DNA of 17,765 nucleotides from Giardia intestinalis (Eukaryota): NCBI GenBank assembly GCA_000002435.2, contig AACB03000033.1; one strand, 5' to 3'. Shown piece by piece: positions 17,020 to 17,765 of this stretch (position 1 is its first letter; each line of letters starts with the position of its first letter). The notes under the pieces were generated by a model. It saw only the letters and a program-made list of their open reading frames with translations, ran no database searches and was not told where the DNA came from. The position numbers and the translations under genes were made by a program.

Positions 17020-17765
17020 GTGATATGCACACAGGCCAGTAATGGAGTATGCACTGCTTGTAATACAGATAGTCAGTACATATTCCAGAATGGGCAGACA
17101 AGGTGACCCCTGGTGGGGAGTGCATCCTCTGTCATGATGCCACAGGAGCGAATGAGAACAAGGGAGTGGCCAACTGTCTCAAGTGCACGGCACCTGGTGG
17201 CAATACAGGAGCGGCCACGTGCACCGAGTGTCAAGATGGGTACTACATGGACTCTCAGGCATGTACCAAATGTGATGGTACTTGTCTGACCTGTGAGACA
17301 TCGGCGACCCAGTGTACCTCTTGTAAGGGAAATACGTTCCTGAAGGATAATGCATGCGTGAATAGTGATGGATGCACTGGAAACACTTATGCTGACCCTA
17401 TGACAATGACATGCAAGGAGTCTGGTATAGCAGATTGCACCGCGTGTGAGTACAACACGACTGTCAGCAAGCCCCAGTGCACCGCCTGTAACAATAAGAA
17501 GGTGAAGACAGAGCTGGATGGGACAACCACTTGCGTCGATGATGCTGGGTGCGCAACAGATAACGTCGACGGATCCCACTTTCTGAGTGATGATAGCACC
17601 AAGTGCATATTATGCAGTGATACAACAACAGGAACAGAAGCAAACGACAAGGGATTGCTAATTGTAAAACGTGTAAGAAGAACGGAGCCAAGCCGACTGC
17701 TCAGCTTGCCTCGACGGATACTTTGGGTTCTGATACATGCACAGCTTGCGGTGCCAACTGTGCTA
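17020..17765 (+). pseudogene. vsp: VSP-family unit 10 (type B copy of unit 2), 3'-truncated by the window end and disrupted by four 1-nt indels relative to unit 2.
   Basis: Aligns to 1892-2650. A G is missing in the G-run ~17092-17094, which gives a stop at 17104-17106 after 28 codons. A G is missing at ~17651-17653. A C is missing at ~17697. An extra G sits at ~17725-17727. Net frame change is not restored. Confidence 0.7.

Larger units (their letters stand above)
1..17765 (+). repeat. Head-to-tail tandem array of ten ~1.80-1.94 kb VSP-like units (stop-to-stop periods 1884, 1935, 1926, 1801, 1815, 1915, 1926, 1926 nt). Unit types: A = 1, 3, 9; B = 2, 10; C = 4, 8; D = 5; E = 6; D/A chimera = 7.
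   Basis: The CRGKA-tail ORF recurs ten times on the + strand. The 3' block GCGTGACTTGGGTAGTGAATGCTRTACAATG is identical after units 1-5 and 7-9, with a divergent variant after unit 6. Paralogous units are near-identical by direct comparison (3 vs 9, 4 vs 8, 2 vs 10). Confidence 0.93.

Noticed and set aside
17018-17022. ORF-finder-style start of unit 10 at 17018
   Set aside because: Recounting places the homologous GTG at 17020-17022 (TAG 17011-13, TGG 17014-16, AGT 17017-19). The feature is annotated from 17020.
1-17765. CRISPR-like or transposon-like interpretation of the regular repeat-spacer periodicity. Also a search for telomeric (TAGGG)n and for tRNA or rRNA genes.
   Set aside because: The periodic unit is a 1.8-1.9 kb eukaryotic protein-coding gene with Giardia-specific 3' signals. 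There are no short direct repeats with unique spacers, no inverted terminal repeats, no transposase or RT-like ORFs, no TAGGG arrays, and no cloverleaf or rRNA-like segments.

Overview
The whole 17.8 kb window is one head-to-tail (+ strand) tandem array of ten cysteine-rich, CXXC-dense ORFs of about 540-620 aa. Every unit ends in the hallmark Giardia variant-specific surface protein (VSP) tail ...NRSGLSTGA(I/V)AGISVAV(IA/VV)VVGGLVGFLCWWF(V/I)CRGKA*. Every complete unit (2-9) also carries the VSP GGCY motif (FLYMGGCY). Seven nucleotides after every TGA in the window (units 1-9) sits AGTGAAT, which fits the Giardia polyadenylation signal AGTRAAY, inside an extended ACTTGGGTAGTGAAT block. I therefore read this as a Giardia VSP gene array (G. 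duodenalis-like; the species cannot be fixed from sequence alone). The units fall into sequence types: A (units 1, 3, 9), B (2, 10), C (4, 8), D (5), E (6), and a D/A chimera (7). Spacers of only 51-78 nt separate the units. Each spacer holds the polyA signal, a stop-dense degenerate (GTGATAG)n minisatellite (about 2-5 copies) and a conserved GGAGTGTGATATGYAC box.

The observations that stand out:
1) No unit has an in-frame ATG plus signal peptide. The long frame simply opens one codon after the last TAG of the spacer (TAG TGG AGT G[TA]G ATA TGY...). The only ATG in the box is out of frame and stops after 4-5 codons. The array therefore looks like headless VSP cassettes (silent donors or pseudogenes), unless non-AUG initiation is used.
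2) The units are extensively mosaic. Unit 7 is a clean D/A chimera, unit 6 is a patchwork, and short conversion-like patches are shared discordantly between units.
3) Units 1 and 10, at the window edges, carry frameshifting indels.
4) Units 9-10 recapitulate units 1-2 at an offset of about 15.13 kb, which points to a higher-order repeat or a wrapped assembly.
5) Base composition differs sharply between unit types and within genes.

All minus-strand and alternate-frame ORFs in the supplied track are composition artefacts of the CXXC-coding strand. I detected no RNA genes, transposons, CRISPR arrays or telomeric repeats.
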